Below are positions 14,208 through 28,762 of a stretch of DNA of 64,000 nt, piece by piece. Position 1 is the stretch's first letter; each line of letters begins with the position of its first letter. The notes below the pieces were generated by a model that did no database searches, was not told the DNA's origin, and was given only the letters and a program-made list of their open reading frames with translations. The position numbers and the translations under genes are program-made. The DNA is taken from assembly GCA_019973975.1 (NCBI GenBank), contig BMAO01019611.1, positions 12,564 through 76,563 of the forward strand, read 5' to 3'. This stretch comes from Trichonephila clavata (lineage: Eukaryota).

Positions 14208-15391
14208 ATGTATAAAAACCATATAATGAAAAATACCATATTCATAAATTACAAAAACTAAATGTTATTAATACATTTTAATAGCTTTATGCCAATACAT
14301 ATTTATAGTAATTAAATTAACATTACAATTTGTTTTACCTCACTCATATAATTCACACAATAAAGGACAAATGTATTGGAAACCTATTAACTTTTTGAGG
14401 GAAAATTATAAAAGTGTAAACAAAGAACGAAATGCAAACTATAACATTTGAAAAATATTTATCGTACTTATATTGCATAGTAAAATTTCACAGAAAAAAT
14501 TATTAAAATTGGTAAATATCCCAGTACCTCATTAATTTTGAAGCAGATGTTAATTTCTTCAAAATTTTATAACTCATTTTTTAAGTAATTTAAAGAGCAT
14601 GTGTTTAAGTTAAAATATATGATAAGTTTTTATATATAGATCAAAACTTTATAATAAACACAACTTTTTTTAACAGCACAAAAAAAAAAATTATACCATT
14701 TAAATCCACATAAACCTCAATAAACTAATTTAAAAAATGTTAGGAGACTCTTTACTCACTAAGTTTAGGTTTTTAATAACAAATTGTTAAAGAATATGAA
14801 ATTTCATGAAGGATTTGGTTCTATGATCAATAAAATTAAGAAAGAATTATGAGGAAAATATATTATATGCAATGACACAGAGTTAAATGGCATTAAAAAA
14901 ATTTAATCCTTTAAAAGTTATACAAAAAATTATCAATACAGATAATTTATGAATCAATTGAGTCCCCCTTTCTTTCATTTACATAATTATTATGTAAATT
15001 ATCTTTAACACAGTTTTTATAATTAAATTCAATTATGAAACAAGAAAGAAGTGTTTTAAATTTGGCTTATTATTTTCATTTAGTTATTTTGAGAAATACA
15101 ACTTAATGAAATTTAATTTTAGTTTTTCAGAATAAAATACCTTTATATGTGAATGATGAAAAAAAATTAATGCTTAAAACTAATTTAAGATAATTTAAAA
15201 AACATGATTTACAAACAATCTTAATCTGCCAACAAGCAGAGAATTAAAATTCAATGAAGCTGAAGTTAAAATTTTTAAAAAATATTTAGCACTATTAATA
15301 CATTTAATTAAACACAATCATTAATTCTCTCTAAATTAATTTATTCTACTTGATGAGATTAGAAAAATAAATAATCATAATGGAAATGTAC

Positions 15392-15580
15392 TTGAAAATC
15401 TTGTCCAGCACAAGCCACAGCTTGAATTGTATCACTTCCAAGGCTTTCAACCATATTTTTAAATTTCTGAACTTCAATATCAGCAACTTCTTTCAACTTT
15501 TGAACTTCTATATTATTTTGCTCCTTACGGTAATGTAGTTCTTCCTCTCTAGCTTTACGAAGACGCACCAACTCTGTTTC
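15392..15580 (-). CDS. MVP: MVP exon 13 (ETELVRLRKAREEELHYRKEQNNIEVQKLKEVADIEVQKFKNMVESLGSDTIQAVACAGQDFQ)
   Basis: It matches [61 protein letters not shown]. It has a tag acceptor and a GTACAT donor; the 63 codons were verified by hand translation. Confidence 0.8.
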
Positions 15581-17275
15581 CTACAAATAGTAAATTTTTT
15601 TACTCTGCATCCCTTTCAATTAACAGTTTTGAAGCTTTATGTAACACTTCCAATCAGTAGATGATTATTCATATCATGTCCCTTTGTATAAAAACAATGT
15701 AAACCAAAATTTGAAAAAGAAATCAAGTAATGTTTTCAATGCAAATTATTGAAGCAAAAAAAAAAAAAAACACATTATACATAAAAACAACCAGTGTTGC
15801 ACACAGGAATTTTTCAAGAGGGAGGGGTTGAGAATCCGCCATTCTTGTATTGTACTCCAATAAACTGCCAAACATATTCTTTTGATTTTGTTGATTGCCA
15901 GAAAAAGACAGTGAAAAATAAATTTAATAAACAATGAGAATTAATTAATAAAATAAATTATTAATTACAAATAATTAAATTTTACATACTATATGCATAG
16001 AATTATATTCAAGCAAAAGAAAAAAAATCAATGATGATTGAGGGGTCTGCCCAATGCTCTAACCACTATGAAATGAGCTTGAGTATTTCTGAAGGACTTA
16101 CATATTTCATAAAAGATTTATTTAATGATACAATTACAACACACACAATACACTGCATAACTATCGTGAAAAACAGTGGCACTAGGGAGCGGATTTCATA
16201 ATTTTTCTTGGCAAATAAGGGATTAATAGCAGTGCATAATTTTGTTGAAAGTCAAGATATATGGATGATAAACATAGAGGTGGAACACTAATTAGAAGGA
16301 TTTAAAAGCAAGCAAATACCAGAACTCACACAATGGAAAAACTCAAAACTGGACATAAAATGGAAATTGTAGAACCCGGGCGATAAGAATTTCTTTCATA
16401 AGAATTGATGGCCATGTGAAAAATCCCTACTAGCAAAAGTACAACAATCCTTACTATCACTAAAAGGGACTAATGGGAAGTTATAAAACTTGGACAGAGA
16501 AAGAGTACTTGCTTATTACAATAAACAACCTGCATTTTTACAAGCATGAGAAAAAGTCCCACGGCTCAAGTTCTTGCAGGTTAAACAAAACTTGGCACTT
16601 TTTTTACATAATGAGAATATATATATATATATATAGTGTTTAAACAAATGAAGAATTTAAGCTTAGTAAATATTGTTTTATTTTTCATACAATCACATAA
16701 TTTTTAATTGTATTTGTAATTAAAATTATGAATAGAAGATAAAGAATTATGAAAGATAAAGAATTATGCAGTTTCAAAAGCAAGTGACTAGACACTTTAG
16801 AAGATGGCAACAATATAAAATGAAACAAGAATTTTATTTAATAAGGTACCAAAACTTACATGTAAATTATTTTTTTAAAAATATATATCATTTTTCATAA
16901 ATAAAACTATATTCTTTAAAAAATTACTTTAAAAATGAATGAAAAAATTTCTCTAGGTTTTTAAACTGTTTTATAAAAGAAGCAATGTTTGAAAAAATAT
17001 TTAATAGCTATTCCTTGATGAGATCACAGTCATGAAAAGTGACATTAATAAATATAAAAATTAAATCCTAATTTTCAAACCAGCAGTCAAGAGGGGAAAA
17101 AATATTCACGTAATTTAGAAATTAAGAAAAATGAATTGTTAAAAGCAAAATTAACATAGCTATTAAAATACAAACTTATTAAATATTTACCAAACCAATT
17201 TAAACTTAATTATCAATTCATACTTTTAGCTTTATAAAGAAAAATTAATAATTCACAGAACAATAGGCAACATAC

Positions 17276-17519
17276 TGCTTCAATTGTCATAGCCTCTGCC
17301 TTTGATTTAGCTTGCTCTACAGCAGCTTCAGCTTCAATTCTTTTAGCCTCTGCACGACTCAAAGCTTCTGCTTTAGCCTGACCACAATTTTCAATGGACA
17401 TGCTACTGACTTTTAATTCCAACAAGTTTTTCCTTGATTTTTCTGCTTCTACTTCATCAGATATTCGTTGTCGTTCAAGGCGACCACGAGCTTCTTGCTC
17501 CCTTCTCTCTGCTTCATGT
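17276..17519 (-). CDS. MVP: MVP exon 12 ([82 protein letters not shown])
   Basis: It matches the cap-helix domain [65 protein letters not shown]. It has a tag acceptor and a GTATGT donor. Confidence 0.8.
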
Positions 17520-18989
17520 CTACAATGAGGAGATTAAATAAATAATATTTCGTCATAATAAATGTAATTATATGTTTCCAGCCAAACACTTCATGTGTTT
17601 CACTGTTGCCAACTCTTGTTGTTTACAAAAATTTACTTTCAAAAGTATTTATTTGTGTTATGCCTAATATAAGAACTTTGTTTTGAAAAACTTTTTGAAG
17701 AACATTAATACTAAGACATATTTACCAATTACCAAATTTGAAATTGTATCTAGATTTTATAAGTACTAATCAAACATCAGCTTTGAATTCAATCATGAAC
17801 GCAAGATTACATTTATCATGAATTACTCCTCATAAATTTAGCCCATTTGATAGCATGTGTTTAACAATCATCCAAAGACTATGCTACTTTTTGCATATTT
17901 TGAAGTAAAATATAATAAATGCTTTTCATTGTTGGATTTAAAGGTCATAATAAATCTATAAGCATTTTCATTAGATGTTTTTGATGAAGAGAGGTCTCAA
18001 CTGGTTAATTTACAAAAGTTAACTTTATATTGAATTACAGTAAAGTCCATGTAGAAACAAACAACTACAACTTAGAGAGACTAGTCATTTTTATAGAATG
18101 AACATTGAAAATTAGATCAACTAACAAGAGATGATCCTGTTTGGAGGATCTACAATATTATATCAAATTGATAAATATTTGACTAATACAAAGCAAATTC
18201 AAAGAGCCAGAAGTGAATCTCCTTTGTATTTCTTTAATGCATTTCATCTAATGGAGACAGATACACAGTTAAAAATCATAAACAATAAATGTCTTGGAAG
18301 CTGGAACCAAGAAAAGAATGAAAATAAAATTAATGCGTTTTGTAAATTTTTTGGTGTCAGCTAAAAAATGCCTTCAGTATCAAGTGTTAACATGTGCTAT
18401 TAATCCTAAACTTACTTCATCACATATTAGTGCTTAAAAAAATATTCAGTCATAATAACAAGATAATTAAGTTCTGGATATGTTTGTATATTTTCAGACA
18501 CTGTTTTTAAGAACAAGGAGATTAACTCAGCTTAAATTTTCTATCTCAGTTTATAATAGAAAATTTAAATCAATATAATCAAATAATCATTTTAAATAAG
18601 CAATGCATATCAATTCAAGGCTTATTCTTAATTGTAGTCTAATATCCAAAAATGTATAAATAATCCATATAACTATTTTCAATTAAAGTATTCTATTTGA
18701 TTTGACATGTCTAAAATTTCACTAACTATTTTATTGTAGAAAAATATTTTTAAAATTTAAGCAATTGTAAATATAAATTACATTTAAAATTTTCGGCAAT
18801 ATAATAACACAAATATGTTTAATGCAAACTAATTTCATCAAAGAAAAATATTTGAATTGGTCATAATGATTCATAAAACCATACAAGATAAATATAAATG
18901 AAAAAAATTATTATAATTTTCAAAGATGTATTTAAATGATAAATTTTTACAAAAAATAAATGGATGCAGTTTACGAATATCAAATTTAC

Positions 18990-19201
18990 CTAGCTGTAGC
19001 TTCTTGACTTTGAGTGGTAATTTCTATAGCAAGTTGAACAGATTTTTGTAATGAATCTCTGGTTCGTTGATCTACAGGTTCAACACTTTGAATATCCACA
19101 CTAGTAATATTCAGATTATTTTGAGGGAAGTTAAAAGTTCTTCTAACTTTCTTGTTGTCATCCACGCCAAAAACAGCAGTGCGTATGATTTTGGCAGAAT
19201 T
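18990..19201 (-). CDS. MVP: MVP exon 11 ([70 protein letters not shown])
   Basis: It matches [13 protein letters not shown]...[40 protein letters not shown]. It has a tag acceptor and a GTAAAT donor. It falls below the ORF-track length cutoff, so I translated it by hand. Confidence 0.8.
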
Positions 19202-21447
19202 CTAAAGGAAGAAATGGTGCATAAAATATACAGAACTACAAAATATTTTTAAAAAGTCTTACATTTTGTAGAAATATTCTGCTTTTTCTCAATGAATTTC
19301 TTTTTCTAGACAATTAAAAAAAATTAAACACTATAATTTTTCCATTAAAAATTTTAAAATCAAAAAACATTTTCTTGCATTGTATTATCCAATTTCATAC
19401 ATATTGATTTAGTTTCAAAAGTTATTAAACTAAATCTAGATATATACAGCTAAATAATGTAAATGTAATAAAATATTTTATATAAATTTTTTGACACAAT
19501 TTTTTAAATCTTTCACAATTTCAAATTCCAATTTCAATTGATTTCTCAGCCATTCAAAATTTATTTGCATGCAAACAATCCAGAATACAAAATAATCACT
19601 TTATAGATTCAGTTGTGAAATTGTGTGTGTGGGGGGGTACCCCTCAAAAAACCCCAAAAATACTTTTAGGGAACAAAGCTTCTATGGTGTGCATTTTTTC
19701 CCTGATAGGAAAAGCATCTCTCTTTGTGTTTAGTCCACCAAAATGCATTATTTTGAAAGCAGACCTTTGGTATTTTTTAAAAAAAAGCAGTTTCTTATCC
19801 TCACTTATTTTTATAATGGCTGGTTTAAGAGTACATGACTAAACACAAGATTCGGGAATGAGAAGAGTTGTAGAGAAATGGATTTTTTGTTGTACTTTGG
19901 ATTCTTCATTCAAATGGAAACATAGTATGCTTAGAAAGCACTTACCCTGTAAAGAACCGAGTTCCAAAGCAACCCAGATTTTTTTCCCAAGGTTATTACT
20001 GATGACAAGTCATTGTGTTGTTCTTATGATTCCAGAACCAAATGGCAATCAAGCCACTGAAAGACATCACTATCATCTCATCGAAAAATAGCTCATTAAG
20101 TGAAGTTGAAATATCAAAAACCATGACATGACAAGTCAGATTTAACACAGAAAAAAATGAAGATGCAAATAAGAGAGTTGTGACAACCATTACAACTGAT
20201 AAGTTTGAAATATAATTAAAAAAACAAACATAAAAATGTATTAAGCCAAAGAAGAGTAATTTAAAAATATTGAAATACAATGTATTGAAACTTTATACAT
20301 ATTGAAGAAAACAATATTTTTCTTTTTAAAAATTCCATTTTAAAAGGAGGATACTTTACATATCAACAACTTTCTATACATAATTATCTAATTTTACTTG
20401 ATCCCAATAACTTTTAAATGAACTTCAGCAAATATTTTTATATCAAAACTATGAAAAAATTCCAATTTATCAAGATAGAGCAGTAAATTTAAAAATTACC
20501 CTACTATTCTAGTCAATTTCTGCCCCTAATTCCTATTTCACATTCAACTACATCAGAATTAATAATTAATACAAAGGTTTTAAATTTTTATTAATACCTA
20601 TTTTATTGTAATTTATCAAATATCTCTAGAAGTCAATGAGAAAGTTTTTTTTTAATGAATTAAACATAATAAACAGAAAAGACAGTTTTGCATAAATTTA
20701 TATAATATATATCTCAATTCATCAGTTTACAATTCTTACTTTCATTAAATAATTTTGCAATTATGCTTAAAGTTAGGTTCTTTTGCAGATCTTTCGAGAC
20801 CTAAGGGTTACTTTTATTTTTCAAACTCATAAAAAAAAAACATCCATAAATAACCACAGAAATAAAAATCTCATTTAAATTAGTGTTATACTGAAAAATT
20901 CACTTTACAGTATTTAAAAATATTTTTTTATGAAATTTTCTTTAAAAAATTTTATTTAAAGACTTTTTATAACAATTAAATAATACCTATATCTTTAAAC
21001 ACACATAAACATTAAAATCGTCAAATAAGATCAGTCCAAAGAACTTTGTTACACATGGCTTAAATTAAAAACTTAACTTGAATTTTGATAATAAATCATT
21101 TCATTCATTTCTTAATCATTCAATTCATTTTTTAATCATTAGATAATAAAATTAGAATTTATAGGAAAATATTAAGCAAATATAAAACGCATACATGGTT
21201 TGTGTTATGCCACAGAACAATAAGTTCAATAAAATGACATTTTACACACTGCTGTTTAACTAAAAGTAATAGCTTAGTATTTTAAAGGCAATAAATTTAA
21301 TATTTTCAAACAGGCAATATCACAGTAAGTAAAGTCAACATAAATTTCAAAGTAACTTTCAATTTATAGAGCCACATAACAAATTTATAAGTCTGCCAAC
21401 ATTAAATTCAAAAATTTAAGAATAATTAGTATCTTTGGAGTACATAC

Positions 21448-21589
21448 TTTATGAAAATCATCAAAATTTGTCCCAGCAACAGAGCCACGAATTCTAGAAG
21501 CTATTGCTTTGCAGAGATCACCAATAAAATCTGGAACGCTGAATAATTTAGCAGCTGCTTCAGGGCTTTTATCACCAATATCAAAGTAC
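21448..21589 (-). CDS. MVP: MVP exon 10 ([47 protein letters not shown])
   Basis: It matches the MVP shoulder-domain segment [37 protein letters not shown]. It has an aag acceptor and a GTATGT donor. Confidence 0.8.
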
Positions 21590-22840
21590 CTTCGGAGATT
21601 AAATAAAGGCATTATTAAAATAAAACAAAGATATCTAAATATCATGTAATCAAAGTCCAATCTGTTATGAACAATTTTTCTTTTCTTTTTTAAACTTTAA
21701 TCCAGGACATTTGACATAATACAGAATGGCTGCCTTTTTAAATAATTAATGTGATTGTAAACCTTATTTTTCCAGTAGTACGTTTAAAAACTTACATATG
21801 CCATCTTAAAAAGCAACATTTAAATGAATGACGATAATATCACTATCATAATAACTAACAATAAAAAATATATATATGACAAGATGATTGAAAGATTGCA
21901 TGTTCTTAACAAGGAAGCATCATGTGATTATAAAAGCAATTTAATAATTTAAGCTTATTTTAAAATTAAATAAGCCAAATTATAAAAATCAATTTCACAA
22001 TATGATTTAAGGTATAATTTATTAGCATTTTTGCATTTCCTTTTCAATATGGTTTTTCAACTTTCCATCTTACTGTCCCATAATTATGAATGTGGAATAT
22101 TTCTTTATGAAATGAAAACAGTTTATTTAATTTTAAGCAATCTTATAAATAAAAATGAAATATTTAATAAAACATCATAATAAAAAAGTAAATTTTAAAT
22201 ACATTCCACTACATTTATTCAAATCTAAGCCGCACTCCCCCCCCCAAATATTAATGATATTGAAGATTAGATGTGGCTTAGAATCGCAAGTGGGAAAATT
22301 CATTGGATTGGGGAAATTGAACATGATACTGAGAGTTAGAACAATTACAGGCTCATGTATGTATTTAAAAAATTTTAATACTGATGAAATTAATTACTCA
22401 CTTCTTATTTGTTCTCATTTTTAATTCCATCAATATTTGATAGCAATATAAACCATTTTACACTAATTTTTATTTTTTCACAAAAACTTTTTAGAATTAC
22501 AGACGTGGCTTTGATTCAAATAAATACGGTAAATATATTTTATAAAAACTATTAATTATCCAAGAACTTTTTTTAAACAACTACTATATTTAAAAACTTT
22601 AATATTTCTGTTAATATAATTTAATAACTTATAATAAAATAACACATCTTAAATAGAAATATTTTTTTTTAAATCCAGCAATGAATAATTTTATGTTTAT
22701 GAAATGAGTTAATAAAGTTATTCTTTTTAAATGTTACATTGAAAATATAAACTTTCTTGTGATTAACGTGTTAATAAATATAAAAGCTCATTATCCTCAC
22801 AAAATTAATGTTAACAAAAAATAAAAAAATAGTTACAAAC

Positions 22841-23038
22841 CAATTGTATGAAAGTTGCAGTGAAAGTCTAGCATGGTCAGCAGTTTCAACAGTAATGATA
22901 TCTGTACAAAAATCCGGTCCCAAAAGTAAGCAGAGAGTTTTAATAACATTTGGTCTTTTTGGTTTATCACCGGAAAGACAAAGTTGTGTAAATTGTTCAT
23001 CAGGTGCTAGCATTACCAGATCTGGACCAAAAATAACT
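22841..23038 (-). CDS. MVP: MVP exon 9 ([67 protein letters not shown])
   Basis: It matches [67 protein letters not shown] placed the donor at GTTTGT so that the phase matches exon 10; it is uncertain by a few bp. Confidence 0.75.
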
Positions 23039-23992
23039 CTGAAAGTTAATAATTTTTTTATATTAAATAACTAGATACTGATTTACATTCTATAAAATCA
23101 ATGTGAATTTAAAAATAAAACACTTGTTTATTTAAAATATTTTACAAAATAAGTGTATCAAGTAGAAGATATATCTGATGCAAGTTTCACAAATAAAGAT
23201 GTATTAAAAAAACATGAATATTAATCCATATAAAAAATGATACATTAACGGATACAATATAATGTATATTCAAACATCTTTTTGAAGGAAATATGAACAT
23301 TAAATTTGAAATTTTATACAGTCATTTTAAATCACATAAGTTTTATACATGTTGAATGAATTTTTTCAAATAAAAAACACCTTTCATTCCTAAATAATAC
23401 AATTTAAGATATTTTACAATAAAACAGAACATTTATATAATTTTTTAATAGTTAGCATTCCTCTAAAAAATACATATTATGTTAAAAGCAATATATTATA
23501 CATATTTTCAAAATGTTTCACAATTTATCCTTTCAATAAATACATTTTATCAAATAAAAACTGAACAGGTATTGTTTTCATATAAAGAATTTATAAAACT
23601 CAAGCAAAAAGACAGAATTAAGTGTCCAAAATCATAAGCCATTTTTTTAAATTGCTTTCACAAACTTTTAAGATAACTTGGGAAATATTCTAAAACAGGA
23701 AATTTAAAAAACTTAAGTTATAGAAACCAGAACAATGTTTATTAATTCCTTGTTCATTTCTGATTACAACTTAACACATTTAGAAGTGATTTCAATAGAG
23801 AAGATAATCTACAAATTAACATGATAGCAAGGTCTAAACAAATTAAGAATCTTTTCATTTATACTTTCAACATTATTTTCCCCCGCTTTTCAACTCATCA
23901 ATCAAACTTTATTGGAAAATATACCAATCTTTTGCTAAATATTATATGCAATGGCACACACATGGTAGATGTTTGAAGTTTCAAATCTCACG

Positions 23993-24200
23993 CATTTTTT
24001 CAATTGCTACTATTAACCCACACTCTATATATTTATTTACATATTTATCTTGTTCAAATTTTCAACCATGAATAAAAATTTTCTATTCAACCAATCAAGT
24101 TTAAATAAATTTTTTTAAACTACTAGTGGATGACACTTGATGTTAATATAGTTTTTTCAAATATTAGTTCATTAATAACCTGTTAATTAAACTAAATTAA
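23993..24200 (+). repeat. Copy of an uncharacterised interspersed repeat (family R: TTTTCAATTSCTACTATTA...CTTGTTCAAATTTTCAA...GGTGGATGACACTTGATGTT)
   Basis: It is homologous to 24355-24410 plus 25837-25940 and to 55555-55960. Confidence 0.55.
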
Positions 24201-24410
24201 TTACTGGTTTTTGACACCAACTTAGAATTATCTAAATTGTTGTAACAATGTAACTAACTGTTAAAGCAATAACAAAAGTTGGCATCGAAAACCTGTTTTT
24301 ATGCGAAACTAGCAAAACCAAGAGTGCATTGTTACAACAATGCAGACAAATCATGCTCTTTTTTCAATTCCTACTATTAGTTCACTCTCTCCTATGTGTA
24401 TATATATATA

Positions 24411-25836
24411 ACACTTCTGTTTGTAAAAAATGCAACACCATGAAGAATCATCAGAATTAAATGAGCTTTGCAGCAAGTATAAATTATAGGATGTTACATA
24501 AAATAGTAAAGTTTCAGGCCCCCACGCATGCATGGTGTGTGCAGTACCCTCTGAACTGATGCTGAAAGCGTATAAATAGAGGGCTGTAGTGGGGGGATGA
24601 TGTTGAAAATTGTTAATGATTATTTGTTAGCGGAGAACATTTAGTGAGATCTAAGTATGCCTCCATGACAAAATAAGAAGAAATTAAAACAACTTACGGA
24701 GTTTGAATGGGGGAGGATTATCTGCCTTCAAGAAGGAGGATTTTTCTATCGTGCAATAGGGGCTCATGTGAAGCGGAAATTCACAGTGATGCGAGTTTGG
24801 AAGCAGAGGACCAACGAACACTGAACAACTCGAAAAACTGGCAGTGGACGATGGAAGGTGACGTCAGTATGCAACGATCGACACCTGCTCCGCATGGCTG
24901 TGAATGACAGTACAGCTTCCTGCAGGCAGTTGGTAGCACATTTGTCTACTGCTAAAGGTGTATTAATACCTGCTTTGTCAATTCATTGACGTCTGCTGCC
25001 ACAAATTGCATGCAAGGATGCCTTTATACAGGATCCCCCTCACGGCAAACCATCGACGGTTGTGTCTGCAATGGGCTCATGGGCACAGAGACTGGCAAGT
25101 TGATTGGCACCAAGTTGTCTTTTCAGATGAATCACACTTCAATTTGTGTGACCATGATGGCCGTATTTGTGTTAGATTCTATGCCGGTGAATGCTGCCTT
25201 CCAGAGTGCTTAATCAAACAACATAGTGGCCTTACACACAGAGTTATGATTTGGGGTGTGATTTCCTATCATGGACGATCCAATTTGCTACAAATTGAGG
25301 GTAATCTGAATAGCAACAGGTAATATGTGTATATGAAGTGCTACAGCTCGAAGTTGTTCCCTTCCTTTAAGGCATTCCTGGAGCTATCTTTCAGCAGAAT
25401 AATGCATGCCCACATGTTACAAAGACTGTTTGAAGCTTGTGTTCAGCCCAACACATGCAACTTCTTCCTTGGCCTGCTTATTCACTGGATATGTCACCTA
25501 TTGAGCACGTGTGGGATTTGGTTGGTCGGCGTCTCGCTCATGATCCGCGTCTTTCAGCTTCAAAAGACGAACTTTTGCTGCGCATACAAGCAATATGGAA
25601 TTCTCTTCCACAAGCAGACATTCAAAATCTGTTTGACTCCATGCCACACAGTATAGCGGCATTTATTGTAGCGTGTGGTGGCTACACCAAATATTGATTT
25701 TAGACACTTAATATTGTTTTTTTTTGCTTTTAAAATTTCGTAATTTATTTGTACTAGTACAAGTCGTTTATGCATTAAATTTCATTCAATTCTGATGACT
25801 CCTTCATGGTGCTGCCTTTTTTACAAACAGCAGTGT
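24411..25836 (+). mobile_element. Second Tc1-like transposon with about 35-bp TIRs and a fragmented transposase
   Basis: The left TIR ACACTTCTGTTTGTAAAAAATGCAACACCATGAAG matches the reverse complement of the right end (CTTCATGGTGCTGCCTTTTTTACAAACAGCAGTGT). It is inserted in a (TA)n tract. Internal ORFs carry LTANHRRLCLQWA, VVFSDESHF and PWPAYSLDMSPIEHVWDLV. Confidence 0.8.
24707..25697 (+). pseudogene. Degenerate Tc1 transposase split across at least 3 frames
   Basis: The ORFs at 24707-24907, 25006-25323 and 25437-25697 each carry part of the DDE transposase motifs. Frameshifts and stops lie between them. Confidence 0.7.
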
Positions 25837-26530
25837 ATATATATATATATCTTGTTCAAATTTTCAATCATTAATAAAATACTTCTTATTCATCTATTCA
25901 AAGTAGGAATTGGCTTAAAATTTTTCTTTATATTACTTGTTTAAATACATTTTTTGCCTACATAGCCCCTCTCATAAAAGTCATTTGTGTACTCCATTGA
26001 TTACAAGAATGGTCTTTTTGCACAAATATAATTTCAGCTGCTAATAGAGATTTCTCTTAATTTTCCCATACTCAAGCTTTTAAAACAAATTAAGAATTTT
26101 AAAACATACAACAGAATTTAACATGTTGACTGCCCCTTGTTAATTTGTAGTTTCCATTACTACCCAAGACACCATTTAAAAGTTATCAGGAAGCTTGCTT
26201 TTTAACTTGCCACATTTGAGCACCTATGATAAAATTTACAACATATCAATTTAAATCTGAATTTTGTAACAGTTGTAAGTATTAATTTTTTTTACACTGG
26301 AATCCTGAAAAGTACCATGGCAGACAAAATGTTAAAAAATAATATCCACTTTTAGGAATACATTTTAGAAGTTTTAATTTAGTTTATTGAATTATGCATA
26401 ACTTAAGAGTAACACAATTAAATTTTTAAAAAATAGTTCAGTTATGCTTTCTGCAAAATCAATCAAGACATAATACATATTCAATTAATTAAAAAAATAG
26501 TTCCAAATCATTATTTCTAAAAATGCTTAC

Positions 26531-26793
26531 CTTGATTTTTTTTGTTTATAGTCATAAATTTGGACAGCTGCATTGTGTGGAACTCTTAAAGTAACAGCTT
26601 TGGCCCCTTCCTCTTCTGATTTTGTAGCTTTTTGTTTAAAATGAGCAGTATCTGCCTTTAGTCTCCAGGAACCTCTATCGCTTAAAGGGTCATGACCTTT
26701 ATTTAGCAATTCTTCGATTTGGGGTGGTAATTCCTTCACCCAAAGTTCCTCATCTTGATTAAGCATATAGGTAGAACCAGAAATAAGACGAAC
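26531..26793 (-). CDS. MVP: MVP exon 8 (VRLISGSTYMLNQDEELWVKELPPQIEELLNKGHDPLSDRG...VTLRVPHNAAVQIYDYKQKKS)
   Basis: It matches [41 protein letters not shown]...YRVPHNAAVQVYDYREKRAR. It has a cag acceptor and a GTAAGC donor and ends in phase 2. Confidence 0.85.
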
Positions 26794-28762
26794 CTGACAT
26801 GAAGAAATAAATGTAATTTTAAGTTTCATAATATAACTATGCAATAATCGAATTATCTCAAGAAGGAAATTTATTATAAAACTTAATTAATAATTTTAAA
26901 AAAGTTAAATCTTTTCAAAGATTTGGAAAAAAAAATTTAACTCAGTCTTATAGGTAAACATTTTACAACGCAATACATATGTCCTACGGAAAAGCTACAT
27001 TGTAGCAAATATTAATAAAGATATAAAGGCCATATAATAACAATTCATGGCTAATTTCTTATTTTATTAAAATGAAATACACAAAATAACTCAAAAGGAT
27101 TACAATCTATGATTAAAAGCAAAAATTAAAAGGAAAACAAGCTCATTAATTCTGTTGGGTTGAAGCGAGTGAACTATTTTTTCTTACGAACGGATAACTG
27201 TGTGATAAGCCCACGTGTTTTCTCGCTTCCTCCCACACTATCTTCTACAGGGACCACACTCTATCCATAGGCCGTGTGCACTGATCGGACTTTGTACTTG
27301 CTGTGTGTCATTTTCGTTATTGTTTTATTCGTTTGTCCCAAATAAATTTGTTTTGTCCAGAAAGCTGTGAAGAAGTTATTTTACAAAAAGAACAACAATT
27401 GGTTTTTACAAAAAGAACAACAAAATCATTATTTATCTTTATTATTACTTACGATTTGATTTAGTTGCAAACATTTCTTTGGCATTAGTTTGACTTCTGA
27501 GATGGTCTAATTTTTCGTTTAAGAGTAATTTTGAAGTTGGAATTTTAGATTTGATTTTCAAAAAGTAAAGAAGGTGTTTTGGGGAGTTTTGCAGAATCAA
27601 GGTACAAGCTTATTAAGTGTTTACCGGCACTTAACATGAGATAGAAATCTAAATGTAATGACCACAACAATGGGTTTTACTCCACACAACATTAATGCTA
27701 CAGCTTTAGCAGTTGGCTAGCCTCCTTCTCAAGAAAGTTGAAGGTATGCACAAACCATCATTAAGACAACTATCTTGTCTTGGCTATACAAAATTTCCAT
27801 AAAGTAGATGACTGAATAACTAACAAGAACTAATCATTTCATTCTTAGAACAATTGCTTTCCCTACAAGTCACACAAAGTAAAAAGGCTAATGGATCTTA
27901 ACTAGTATTACATAACAGTTTACTACCTTCCAAGGTATCCATTGCAAGCGAACAGGGATCACAAAAATTACAGAACAGCTTTAAGTATTATATTAAGTAT
28001 ATTACCCCCCATACGCACATTACAGTGAAACTTCAAACCACACCATAAAAATATATGTATTATAAACATATTGCAAAAGGATTGCTCAGTGAGGTTTATT
28101 TGAAGTAAAAGGGACATATGAAAGAAACCAAGAATAGATTTAAACAATAAATACATATGAAAAAGTACTTTATAATTACAATAAGTACTGAAATTATTAA
28201 ATTATAGTTTACATTGTATGGAACAAGCTGAAAGCTACCGGTGACACTTCATAATTTTGAGCTACAGTTAAATTAAAAGGACTACACATGAAAGAATGCC
28301 TCACTTTTTAACTTACATACTACGCTATATAGGGATTTTTTTAGTTCAGATTTTTAACACATAGTGCTTCTCATCATTATATTACTGCACACAGTAGTCT
28401 TTAGTCAAACCAGAACTTGAACCTATAACAGAACTGGAACATTGCCAGAATTAGAAGGTTCCTCACCATGATCATTAAACAAATGATTGACATTCTTAAA
28501 AGTTAACCTTTATTAAAAGTTAGTCATTTTCTCAAAGAAAGCAACATAAAAAAATCACAAATGTAGTGGAAGTTATAGTCATATCATATTATAAATAATT
28601 TCAACAAGTACATCTTAAATTCTACTATTAATTAAATGTTTTCATGTTTCAGTAAATGTTACACAATATTTGCTTAAGATTCTTGCATCTCAAACCATTT
28701 CTCACTGAAAATGAAAAAGTTCTGAAGTTTTTTTTAATGTAAAGGCTGTTGATCTATACTTA

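Noticed and set aside
19600-20300. Slightly GC-richer block with ORFs of 75-94 aa in MVP intron 10
   Set aside because: No conserved motifs. It is probably an old TE remnant that could not be classified from sequence alone.
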